From an uncultured delta proteobacterium (GTDB lineage Bacteria; Desulfobacterota; Binatia; JACPRU01), in the NCBI GenBank assembly GCA_963745025.1, contig CAVUWD010000013.1, positions 96,001-160,000 of the forward strand: 64,000 bases of DNA, read 5' to 3'. A model generated the notes under the pieces. The model searched no databases. It was not told the DNA's origin and saw nothing but the letters and a program-made list of their open reading frames with translations. Below are positions 20,252-28,918 of this stretch, piece by piece. Made by a program: the position numbers and the translations under genes. Position 1 is the stretch's first letter. Each line of letters starts with the position of its first letter.

Positions 20252-22578
20252 CAATGACGGCGGCGGCGGTGCACGACAGCGTATATGGCTGCGGCGAGCA
20301 AGAGAAATGCCGCCGCCGCCGATATTCGACAGCCGAGTCGGAACGACTGCGGCTCGTAGCGCATCTCGACACGGTGCGCTCCGGCGGGCACGCGCACGCC
20401 GCGAACCACTCCGTTGACCCGGAGGATCTCCGTCGGCGCGCCGTCGATGGTGGCGCGCCAGCCGGGAAACCAGGTGTCCGAGACCACCCAGAGGCCCGAG
20501 TCGGGGAGAACGAGATCCGCGCTCAGCGCTCCCGCCCGGTTCGTCAGCGCCTGGACTCTTCCGCCGCGAAGCTCTTCCGGGGCGGCCGTGGCCGGAGCGA
20601 CGACGACCGCGTCCCGGCCGGCGCGGAAATCGGCGGCCGCCAGCCGCTCCAGGGCCGACGCCACGTCGGCAGCCTGCAAAACGCGCTCGGCAAGGTAGGT
20701 GCGCGGCGCAGCGTCTGGAAGGTCGTACTGCCAAGGAGGAGCGGACGGGGTGAACGACGTTCCGGCCGGAGGGAGCAGCGGATCGGTCCCGATCAGACTG
20801 CGGATGCCGAGCGCCGAGAGCAGATGGATGCCCCGCTCGCGCGGGAGCTCTGCGAGCACCTGGAAGACGGTTCGTTGGTCTCGCGTCGCGAACCCGTCGC
20901 TGCCCGACGCGGCGCCGAGTCCGTAGACCATCGGCACGTCCGGGATCAGCGCCGACCAGAGCGAGCGTGCTCGCTCTTCGACGTTCTCGCCCGGGAGCAG
21001 CCCACCCGACCAAGGTGCGAGACCGCGGCCGACGGCCCGGTAGTGAAAGATGCGCTCGCCTTGCCGGAGCCCGCGCCCCTCGGGGCTGACGGAATCGACG
21101 AGCGACTGCCAGGGCGTGAACGGCACCGTCGGGCGATGAACGCTCACGAGATCGAACACGGTGAGGGCGACCAGCGCGAGCGTGAGGCTCCACGAGGAGA
21201 GCCGACGGCGCTCGAATTGCCAGAGAAGGCCCGCGGCGATGAACGCCAGCGCCGCGCTGCGCAGCGCGATCAGTGCCACGCCGGAAGCCAGCAGCCGCCG
21301 AGCGGCGGCGCCGAGCTCGGGCGGAAGGTCATATCCCGTGATGCGAAGCGATGCGGCCGGAGACACGGAGGCGACTGCGGCGAGCGCCACTCCGAGAAGC
21401 GCCACACCGGAGAAGACGGCAATGGCCGCGCGTCGGGCGCGCGGCTCCGAGACGGTCTGCGCGAGCGCTCTCGCCGCGATCAGCGCCAGCGCAAAGTGAG
21501 CGACGAGGAAGAATTTTCCGGGAAACCGAAATGCGCCGACGATTCTCGGCGCCAGTCCGTGCAGAATCGCGAAGAGTGCCGTCGAGGAGCCGAGCGACAG
21601 AAGGAGCGAAGCCCAGAACGCGGTGGGCCAGAGACCCGAGGAAAGGCGAAAGAGATTCGGCAGGGCGAGGGCAAGAGGCACGATCCCGACGTAGAGGCTC
21701 CAGAAGAGCGGCACGCCGCCTTCGGGCACGAAGCCGGGACCGCCCGCGTAGAACACGTGGGGAAGCAGAAATTGGACGAGCGAGCGCAGCGTGAGCGATT
21801 CGGCGGTGACCGTCTCGAGATCGAGGCCCGCGGAACGGTCCGTCGCAGCCGCGTATTCGGCGGTCGGTAGGAGCTGCGCGGCGCAGAGAAGGAGAGCCAG
21901 CGCGACCGCCATGCAGAGTCCGAGCAGCCGGGTCCACCGCGCGCCGCGCGCGGCCTCGACGGCCGACGTAGCCGCGAGAAGCAGCAGAGTGAGGAGCAGC
22001 GCTTCGGGCGCGCCGCCGAGAGCCTGGAGAGAGACGAGGATCGTCAACTGGAAGAACCGGCGCCACCGGCCCGAAGCGACGAGCTCTTCGCCGGCAAGAA
22101 GAGTCCAGGGAAGCCAGGCCGCGACCTCGAGTTGATTGGTGAGCGGGACGAGCGAGGTGACGAATCCTCCAAAGGCAAACACGACGCCGCCGAGCAACGC
22201 TTGCGGGGGTTCGAGGTGGCAGCGCCGCCCGAGATAGCGAGTCATTCCCCAGCCGGCGATCGCCAAGTGGAGCGCGAGGAAGAGAGAGAAGCCGAGCGCG
22301 AACGGCAGCGCGTAGACGAGCAGGGAAGGCGGGTAGAAGACCGCCGACTGGTAGTTGGCGAGGAAGGGCGCGCCCCAGAAGAGATCGTCGGTCCAGAGTG
22401 GCAGCGTGCCCGCGGAGATCGCGCTCTTCGCAAAGCTCCGCAGCGGAATCGCGAGAATCAACAGATCGCGGAAGATCGGCACCTCGCCGCCGAAGATCCC
22501 GGGAGCGAAGAAGACGACGGCCAACGCTCCGACCAAGAGGCCGGTCAGGAGCCCCGGGGATCCGCGGTCGGGTCTCAT
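20251..22578 (-). CDS. YfhO-family GT-C membrane protein
   Basis: Start MRPDRG (22578); PIFRDLL, PLWTD, GAPFLANYQSAVFYPP, FRFPGKF, SDTWFPGWRATIDG, RGVRVPAGAHRVEMRY. Confidence 0.85.
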   Translation of the reverse strand: MRPDRGSPGLLTGLLVGALAVVFFAPGIFGGEVPIFRDLLILAIPLRSFAKSAISAGTLPLWTDDLFWGAPFLANYQSAVFYPPSLLVYALPFALGFSLFLALHLAIAGWGMTRYLGRRCHLEPPQALLGGVVFAFGGFVTSLVPLTNQLEVAAWLPWTLLAGEELVASGRWRRFFQLTILVSLQALGGAPEALLLTLLLLAATSAVEAARGARWTRLLGLCMAVALALLLCAAQLLPTAEYAAATDRSAGLDLETVTAESLTLRSLVQFLLPHVFYAGGPGFVPEGGVPLFWSLYVGIVPLALALPNLFRLSSGLWPTAFWASLLLSLGSSTALFAILHGLAPRIVGAFRFPGKFFLVAHFALALIAARALAQTVSEPRARRAAIAVFSGVALLGVALAAVASVSPAASLRITGYDLPPELGAAARRLLASGVALIALRSAALAFIAAGLLWQFERRRLSSWSLTLALVALTVFDLVSVHRPTVPFTPWQSLVDSVSPEGRGLRQGERIFHYRAVGRGLAPWSGGLLPGENVEERARSLWSALIPDVPMVYGLGAASGSDGFATRDQRTVFQVLAELPRERGIHLLSALGIRSLIGTDPLLPPAGTSFTPSAPPWQYDLPDAAPRTYLAERVLQAADVASALERLAAADFRAGRDAVVVAPATAAPEELRGGRVQALTNRAGALSADLVLPDSGLWVVSDTWFPGWRATIDGAPTEILRVNGVVRGVRVPAGAHRVEMRYEPQSFRLGCRISAAAAFLLLAAAIYAVVHRRRRH

Positions 22579-23750
22579 CCCAGCCGAGCGAGAAGGTCGT
22601 CGTAGAGTCGGTCGAGCTTCGCGAGCATCACGGGCGCAAGGAAGGGGCTCAGGCGCCGCCGGCCCTCCTCGCCCATGCGCCTCGCGAGGATCGGATCCTC
22701 GAGCAGGCGGCCGATGCGCTCGGCGAAGCCGACGACGTCCCGGGGCTCGAGGAGAAATCCGCTCTCTCCCTCCGCAATCGCTTCGGGCGTGCCGTCGACG
22801 CGGGTGGCAACGATCGGTTTCGATGCCGCCATGGCCTGCAGGACGACTCGGGGGAGACCTTCCCACAAGGACGTCAGCACGAGAACGTCGGCCGCGCCGA
22901 GCAGGCGGCGGACGTCGCGCCGCCATCCGAGAAGATGCACGCGACGCTCGAGACTGACCCTTCGGACCTCGGCCTCGATGGCCGGCCGGAGCACGCCGTC
23001 GCCGGCGAGAAAGAAGTGAGCTGCCGGATGAGTCTCGCCGAGCCGCGCGGCCACGCGCACGAAATCCAAAGGAGCCTTCTGTGGCTTGAAGCACGCGATC
23101 ATGCCGACCAGCGGAGCGTCGAGCGGGATGCCGAGCTCGCTGCGGATCTCGCTTGCATCGCCCGGCTCCGGCTCGTACTCGGCGGCGTCGATGGCCTCGG
23201 GGAGCACGACGGTCGGCTGGCCCCCCCGCAGCAGTCCGAGTCGTTCGGCAACGCGACGGTTGGCCTCGGAAGCGGGACAGAACGCTTGCGTGATGGGTGC
23301 GGTCACTCGCTCGGCGAGCTGAAACGCGGTGCGTGTCGCCCAGGGCTGCGCGGCGTGGAATCCGAAGCCGTGGATCGAGTGGATGCGTATCTCCGCACCC
23401 GCTCTCCAAGCCGCCCAGCGGCCGACGATCCCGGCCTTCGAGCTGTGGGTGTGCACGATCATCGGCGCCGCCGCACCGCGGCGGAGCTGGCGCAGCAGCT
23501 CGGTCAGCGAGCCGAGGCTGCGCAGATCCTCGGCGGGACGCACGGGTCGCACGAGATGGTCGTCGTGATGGAACGAGATGCCCGGCGAACGTCTCGCTTC
23601 GTCGTCGAGTATTCCCCCGCGACCCGTGACGAGGTGTACGTCGAAATCGCGCCGAGCGAGGTGGCGACAGAAGAGGAGCGCGATCTCCTGTGCGCCGCCG
23701 AGCTCGAGCTGGGTGATGACGTGGACGACCGTGGCGCGCGGCATGGTCAC
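22575..23750 (-). CDS. Glycosyltransferase family 4
   Basis: VHVITQLELGGAQ, HTHSSKAG, PQKAP, SLWEGLPRVVLQAMA. Confidence 0.92.
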   Translation of the reverse strand: MTMPRATVVHVITQLELGGAQEIALLFCRHLARRDFDVHLVTGRGGILDDEARRSPGISFHHDDHLVRPVRPAEDLRSLGSLTELLRQLRRGAAAPMIVHTHSSKAGIVGRWAAWRAGAEIRIHSIHGFGFHAAQPWATRTAFQLAERVTAPITQAFCPASEANRRVAERLGLLRGGQPTVVLPEAIDAAEYEPEPGDASEIRSELGIPLDAPLVGMIACFKPQKAPLDFVRVAARLGETHPAAHFFLAGDGVLRPAIEAEVRRVSLERRVHLLGWRRDVRRLLGAADVLVLTSLWEGLPRVVLQAMAASKPIVATRVDGTPEAIAEGESGFLLEPRDVVGFAERIGRLLEDPILARRMGEEGRRRLSPFLAPVMLAKLDRLYDDLLARLG

Positions 23751-25051
23751 GCCGTCGCCCGCGCCGCGGCCATTTGCCCGTGCCAGAGCGCGTCCTCCAT
23801 CGCCGAATATTCCCAGGCTCCGTAGCGCCCGACCGAGAAGATCCCGCAGTGCTCCAGATCCCGCGTCGCCTCGGGGAGAAATTCTCGCCGGTGGCGATCG
23901 TGGATGACGTAGCCACAGGGGATGGCGAAGGTCTGCGCGCGCAGCAGACGCGCCGATGGCGGTACGAGACCTGCGCGACGAAGATCAGCGACGACGCGCT
24001 TCTCGAGCGCTCGGACGTCGGGCGCTCGCTCGGGAGGGTGAGAGACCTCGACGTAGAATGCGCTCGCGTCGGGCGGTACCGTCGCCGGACACAGGTTCGA
24101 GTACACCCCGACGCGGTAGAATGGAAATTCATCCTCGGGAAAATAGAGCCAGTGGTGCGGCAGGGGGCACGGAGCATCGAATCCGAGGTTCAGGTTCAGA
24201 ACCGACACGTGCCGGAGCCGCCGCGCGCCCTCGGCGAGCTCCGCCGGAAGATCCTCGATTCGCTCGAGGAGCCGCGGAAGCGGCATGGTGGAGATCATCG
24301 TCGCGTACGGCGCCACTTCACCGTTCGAGAGCCGCGCCTGGCGCCGGCCCGCGTGAATCGCGACGACCGACGTCGACAGTCGCAGATTGCGCACGTATGG
24401 CAGAAATGCGCGTGGCAAATGATCAATGCCGCCGGCGGCGGGGTAGAGAAAGCTCGGATTGTAGCCGAACGCTTTGGAATTGCGGCCGAGCGCACCGGCG
24501 ATGACGTCGGCCCACGTGGGCTTCGGAATCGACCACGAGACCCAGTCCGCCGTCACGGAGGCGAGATCGGTGCAGAAGAGCTTGCGGTTGTAGGGGATCA
24601 TGAAATGCTTGCAAATGCCCTCGCCGAACGTCGCAAGCGCCCAGCGGTCGAAGCTCGGATCCTCGCCGAGATCTTCGCCCGTTTGCAGCGTCTCGGCGAA
24701 ACCCATCACGCATTCACGCATCACCGGCTTCGGCAACCCGTGGGTGTTCACCTGAAAGGGGTAATCGGTGATCGTCCCGTGCGAGTACACGCCCGAGCGG
24801 CGGTCGATCCGTAGGAACGTCTCTTCGGGCAGCAGGCGGAAGACGAGCTCACGGATCTCCGGCCGCTTCATGTGCAGGAGGTGGCCGGTGAAATCGAAGG
24901 TGAAGCCGTCGACTCGCAGGGAACGGCAGAGCCCGCCCACGCTCGCCTCGCTCTCGACGACCAGATGGGGTCGGTCGCGGAGCGCATAGGCGGCGCTCAG
25001 GCCGGCGAGGCCGGCGCCGACGATGAGCACCGGCTGCGACGCCCGGGTCAA
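23747..25051 (-). CDS. FAD-dependent oxidoreductase (protoporphyrinogen oxidase / UDP-galactopyranose mutase-like)
   Basis: IVGAGLAGLSAA, GGLCRS, FDFTGHLLH, FLYPAAGG, GRYGAWEYSAMEDA; TTG start 25051 overlaps upstream TGA. Confidence 0.8.
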   Translation of the reverse strand: MTRASQPVLIVGAGLAGLSAAYALRDRPHLVVESEASVGGLCRSLRVDGFTFDFTGHLLHMKRPEIRELVFRLLPEETFLRIDRRSGVYSHGTITDYPFQVNTHGLPKPVMRECVMGFAETLQTGEDLGEDPSFDRWALATFGEGICKHFMIPYNRKLFCTDLASVTADWVSWSIPKPTWADVIAGALGRNSKAFGYNPSFLYPAAGGIDHLPRAFLPYVRNLRLSTSVVAIHAGRRQARLSNGEVAPYATMISTMPLPRLLERIEDLPAELAEGARRLRHVSVLNLNLGFDAPCPLPHHWLYFPEDEFPFYRVGVYSNLCPATVPPDASAFYVEVSHPPERAPDVRALEKRVVADLRRAGLVPPSARLLRAQTFAIPCGYVIHDRHRREFLPEATRDLEHCGIFSVGRYGAWEYSAMEDALWHGQMAAARATA

Positions 25052-26040
25052 AGCCCGGTTCTCCGCAGCATCAGGGCGATGAACAGCAGCAAGGCGGAAA
25101 ACGTCATCAACACCAGCGTGGCGACCGCCTCGTTTGTGGATTCCATCACAGTGCATGCCGCGAAGCCGAAGACCACACCGGTAGTGTACGCGATCGCAAC
25201 GGTCTGACGCACGCTCATGCCGGCGCGCCGGAGCCTGAGCGCGAGATGATCCGGGCTGCCGCGGAAAGGGGAGAGTCCCTTCTGCAGGCGGACCACGAAT
25301 ACGAAGGTAAGATCGAGAAGCGGCACGCCGAGGATGATTGCCGGCACCAGCATGCCGAGCGAATTTTTCGTCGTGTAGTGGCCGTTCATCGCCAGCGCTC
25401 CCAGCGTCAGGCCGATGAACAAGCTCCCGGAGTCTCCGAGGTAGATGCGTGCGGGCTGGAAATTGAAGCGCAAGAACCCGCACAGGCTGCCGGCGAGCGC
25501 GGAGGCCATCGTGGCAACCATCGGCTCGCCATTGTGAATCGCCACGCCCGCCAGAAACACGGCAGCGATCGTCGCAACGCCCGGGGCGAGACCGTCCATG
25601 ATGTCGATGATGTTGAGGGCGTTCGTCATCGTCAGCAGCCAGACGATCGAGAGCGCGAGGGCAACGAGCGGAGAGAGAAATATCAGCTTCACGTACAGGC
25701 CGGCCTTGAGGAGGGCCGCCACGGCGACGAACTGTCCGGCGAGCTTTTCCCAGGGGGAGAGCACACCGAGGTCGTCGATCAGGCCGAGCAGCAGCATCAG
25801 TGTCCCGGCGAGAAGGATGCCGAGCACCTGGTATCCGAACTCGAAGGTGAGGGCGAGCGCGATCAGATACGCGAGAAAGACGGCGAGGCCGCCGAGATAC
25901 GGAACCGGCTCGGATTGCGTCTTCAGCAAACCGTTCGGTCGGTCGACGATTCCGAACTGAATCGCGGCGCGCCGCATGAGGGGCGTCGTGTAGAGGGAGA
26001 GCGCGAGGCCGAGCGCGAACGCGAGCACGGGCCGTACCAT
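25048..26040 (-). CDS. Undecaprenyl-phosphate HexNAc-1-phosphate transferase (WecA/TagO, MraY family)
   Basis: PYLGGLA, GLIDD, NALNIIDIMDGLA, FNFQPARIYLGDSGS, DHLALRL. Confidence 0.92.
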   Translation of the reverse strand: MVRPVLAFALGLALSLYTTPLMRRAAIQFGIVDRPNGLLKTQSEPVPYLGGLAVFLAYLIALALTFEFGYQVLGILLAGTLMLLLGLIDDLGVLSPWEKLAGQFVAVAALLKAGLYVKLIFLSPLVALALSIVWLLTMTNALNIIDIMDGLAPGVATIAAVFLAGVAIHNGEPMVATMASALAGSLCGFLRFNFQPARIYLGDSGSLFIGLTLGALAMNGHYTTKNSLGMLVPAIILGVPLLDLTFVFVVRLQKGLSPFRGSPDHLALRLRRAGMSVRQTVAIAYTTGVVFGFAACTVMESTNEAVATLVLMTFSALLLFIALMLRRTGL

Positions 26041-26098
26041 CAGACACCCCCGTCCAGGGCGTTCGGCGTGCGAGGGCGATGCGAAGGTGCGGAGAGCG

Positions 26099-27370
26099 TC
26101 ACGGTTTCGTCCAGAGTGGAAGATGCTGCGCGAAGCCGAGCAGGACGAAGAGCAGGATCGGGTTCGCCGGGGCGTGCCAGTCGATGTCGAGCAGAGCGTG
26201 TGCGATCAGCACCACGGAGGCGACCGTGGGAGCCAGGAGAGGCCAGGAGGTGTCACGTGTCGGCTCGCTTCGTAGCCGTGCGATGGACCTCACGGGTGCC
26301 GCCATGGCCGCGACCAAGAAGCCGACGACCGCTGCCCCACCGACGATTCCCAACTCGGCGAACACCTCCAGCAGGAAATTATGAGGATACCGCGTGTAAT
26401 AACTGGTCACACGATAGCTCGGAAAGTGCTCCCAGAAGCGGCCGAGCCCGACACCAAAGAGCCAATGCTCGCGGATCATTGCAAGGCTGCCTTGCCATAT
26501 TGCCATTCGCCCCAGCAGGCCGACCTTCCAAAGTTCACGTAGGTCGACCGTTGCAACGACCGCGCCCGAGAGCACCGTGGCGGCGACCAAGCCCCACGAC
26601 AGTGGACGCCTTACTGCGTGCCACGTTGCCGACCGAAGCCGAAGCGCGCCCCACGCGACTGCGGCGAGCACGAGCAACGCCAGGGCGGAGCGCGACTCCG
26701 AGAGCAGGAGCGTGCCGACGAGAGGCAGAAGAGATGCCGCCGCGAACGGTCGGGAAGAATCGCCGGGCGCCGCCGCCAGACCGACGGCGAGCAGCATCGT
26801 CGCGGCCAAGAAGGCCGCGTAGCAATTCGCGTTGTAGAAATTGGCGTTGACCAAAGTGATGGCTGGAATTCCTGCAGCCGTGAGCAGCGGTAGCGTACGC
26901 GGAAATGCGATCCAATATTGATACTGGCCGTACAGGGCGGTTACCAACGCGCCGAGCAGCAGGCCGCGGGTGAAGCTCCAGAAAACTTCGGAACGCAGCG
27001 GAAGGCGCGAGAGGCTCGCGAACAAGAGAATCGCCGCGAAGATCCCCTGCGCTTCGAGGACGGCCCGTGGTCCTCGAGGGCGGAGGACGAGCGTGCCGGC
27101 CCACCACACGAAAAGCACGAGAAGACACGTCACCGCCCACCAACCCGACGAGTACCGGCTGCCGCTCGAGCGCAGGGGTCCAGCGCTGCGCGCCAACACC
27201 CCGGCAACTGCAACGGCCACCAGGTCGAAAATGGCGATGCCGTCCTCCGGTCGGAGTCCGACGAGGAAGTTTCCTCCGGCGAGGAGGGGGAGAACGAAGC
27301 CGACGGCGCCGAGACTCATGCCGACATCTCGTTTCACGTTTGCTTGCTCTGCTGGCTGCACCTTGCTCAC
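26099..27370 (-). CDS. O-antigen ligase / O-oligosaccharyltransferase family (Wzy_C)
   Basis: ANFYNANCYAAFL, LSESRSA, RMAIWQGSLAMIREHWLFGVGLGRF, YPHNFLLEVFAELGIVG. Confidence 0.88.
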   Translation of the reverse strand: MSKVQPAEQANVKRDVGMSLGAVGFVLPLLAGGNFLVGLRPEDGIAIFDLVAVAVAGVLARSAGPLRSSGSRYSSGWWAVTCLLVLFVWWAGTLVLRPRGPRAVLEAQGIFAAILLFASLSRLPLRSEVFWSFTRGLLLGALVTALYGQYQYWIAFPRTLPLLTAAGIPAITLVNANFYNANCYAAFLAATMLLAVGLAAAPGDSSRPFAAASLLPLVGTLLLSESRSALALLVLAAVAWGALRLRSATWHAVRRPLSWGLVAATVLSGAVVATVDLRELWKVGLLGRMAIWQGSLAMIREHWLFGVGLGRFWEHFPSYRVTSYYTRYPHNFLLEVFAELGIVGGAAVVGFLVAAMAAPVRSIARLRSEPTRDTSWPLLAPTVASVVLIAHALLDIDWHAPANPILLFVLLGFAQHLPLWTKP

Positions 27371-27382
27371 TCGTGACGGCGG

Positions 27383-28861
27383 TTACGGGAAGAAAAAGGC
27401 GTTCTCGCTGCCGTCGCGGGTTCTCCGTTCCCAGGCGGGCGGACCCGGGAGATCCTTGCGCACGAACACCAGGGCCGTGGCGTCGGAGTAGACGTACTGC
27501 CAGTCGGGTCGATCGAACATGAGCCGGGCGATGGGTTGGCGTCGGTCGATCAACGCGATCGAAGCATCGTGCAAGCTACGCTCCCAGCCCGGCCCTGCGA
27601 CCAGAAGTCGATTCGATTGATCGAGGACGGCGTCGGGGTAGGCAGTCGTGTACCTGCCATCCACGCTGACCCGGCATCGGGGGTAGAGGTGCCAGATTGC
27701 GTATTCCCCCCAATCGAAGGGCAAGAGCAGATTTCCTCTGAGGTGATTCCGCGAGATGAAGCGCACGGCGTCCACGGGGAACACCCGGGGAGAGACGAAG
27801 ATCTGGCAGTAGAGCCCCCGATAGACGGCCCCCACCTGCCAGAGCTGCCAAGCGGCGATCGCCAGCATCGTGCCGAGTAGCATTACGAACGCCGGCTGTC
27901 GCCCGGAGCGGTCCAGACTGGCGTGCAGAGCCTGCAGAAGATCCGATACGGTACGCGCGAGAAGCGGCGCAGCAAGGATCGCGAAGAGCGGCGCGTGGCG
28001 TTCGTGACGGAACGCGGCGATCGCGCCGAGCGCGATGATGCCGCTTTCCCAAAACGGCCGCCCGCGGTTGCTGATCGCGCCGACCAGGCATAGCGCCACG
28101 GCGAGCTTGAAGCGTAGATGCGAACCGTCGAAGAGCGGAATCGGGCTCCACTCCGAGATCTGTCGAACCCGTGTGAGATCGTGAGCCAGGAAGGCCGGCA
28201 GGCGGTATCCATAGGGGTTTACGAAGAGAGCAGCCGCGCAAAGCAGGAACGAGAGAACGAGCCAGCGTCGTTCGCGCGAATCACGCCGAACCCCCTCGAG
28301 CACGAGATAGGCTGCGAAAATCGCCAGGCCGGCGATGCTGCCGCCGTGCGTGTTGATCCAGACGAGGAAAAGAAGCGGCAGCGTCGCGAGGCAGGATGCT
28401 CCGCGGCCCGCGGCGTCCGCATGGAGACGATCCCACAGCAGCGCGACCGCCAGGAACGTGAAGAGCTGGGGTCGGATGAGGAAGCCCCACGACATGATCG
28501 AGGCGGAGAGTCCGAGCGCGAGTCCCCAGCCGAGCGGCTCGGCGCCTCGCCGTTCGGCCGTCTGCTTCATGATCAGGATCGTCAGCATGCCTACCGCGAT
28601 CTTGAAGAAGAGAAGGCCGGTAGATCCGAGATGGTCGTAGAGCCATGCGAAGACGCATTCGGCGAGGATCTCGTGGTTGATCCAGGGGTGATCCGGAGCG
28701 GTGTAGGCGTAGCCGTTGCTGGACGGAAGGGCTCCCGATTCGAGGATCTGCCGGCCGAAGAGGACATGGCCCCAGAGGTCGTTGTCCGCGGCGGGCGCGG
28801 AGGAGAAATACAGGGCGCCCACCAGTGCAAACACGAGGCAAATGAGCTGCCGCCGACTCAC
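27383..28861 (-). CDS. Polytopic membrane protein, probable GT-C type
   Basis: DNDLWGHVLFGR after TM1, WINHE, RPQLFTF, WINTHG, VNPYG, ISEW, VSVDGR. Confidence 0.7.
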   Translation of the reverse strand: MSRRQLICLVFALVGALYFSSAPAADNDLWGHVLFGRQILESGALPSSNGYAYTAPDHPWINHEILAECVFAWLYDHLGSTGLLFFKIAVGMLTILIMKQTAERRGAEPLGWGLALGLSASIMSWGFLIRPQLFTFLAVALLWDRLHADAAGRGASCLATLPLLFLVWINTHGGSIAGLAIFAAYLVLEGVRRDSRERRWLVLSFLLCAAALFVNPYGYRLPAFLAHDLTRVRQISEWSPIPLFDGSHLRFKLAVALCLVGAISNRGRPFWESGIIALGAIAAFRHERHAPLFAILAAPLLARTVSDLLQALHASLDRSGRQPAFVMLLGTMLAIAAWQLWQVGAVYRGLYCQIFVSPRVFPVDAVRFISRNHLRGNLLLPFDWGEYAIWHLYPRCRVSVDGRYTTAYPDAVLDQSNRLLVAGPGWERSLHDASIALIDRRQPIARLMFDRPDWQYVYSDATALVFVRKDLPGPPAWERRTRDGSENAFFFP

Positions 28862-28918
28862 GAGCGGTGCGCCTTGGCGCTCGATTCAGCGCCGAGCTTG
28901 TCGCCGAAGGGTGCCACC

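Noticed and set aside
11330-26047. Apparent giant proteins (973, 992, 856, 1308 and 766 aa) in the ORF track
   Set aside because: N-terminal parts are off-frame readings of the upstream gene; real starts are at stop/start overlaps, so these are not fusions.
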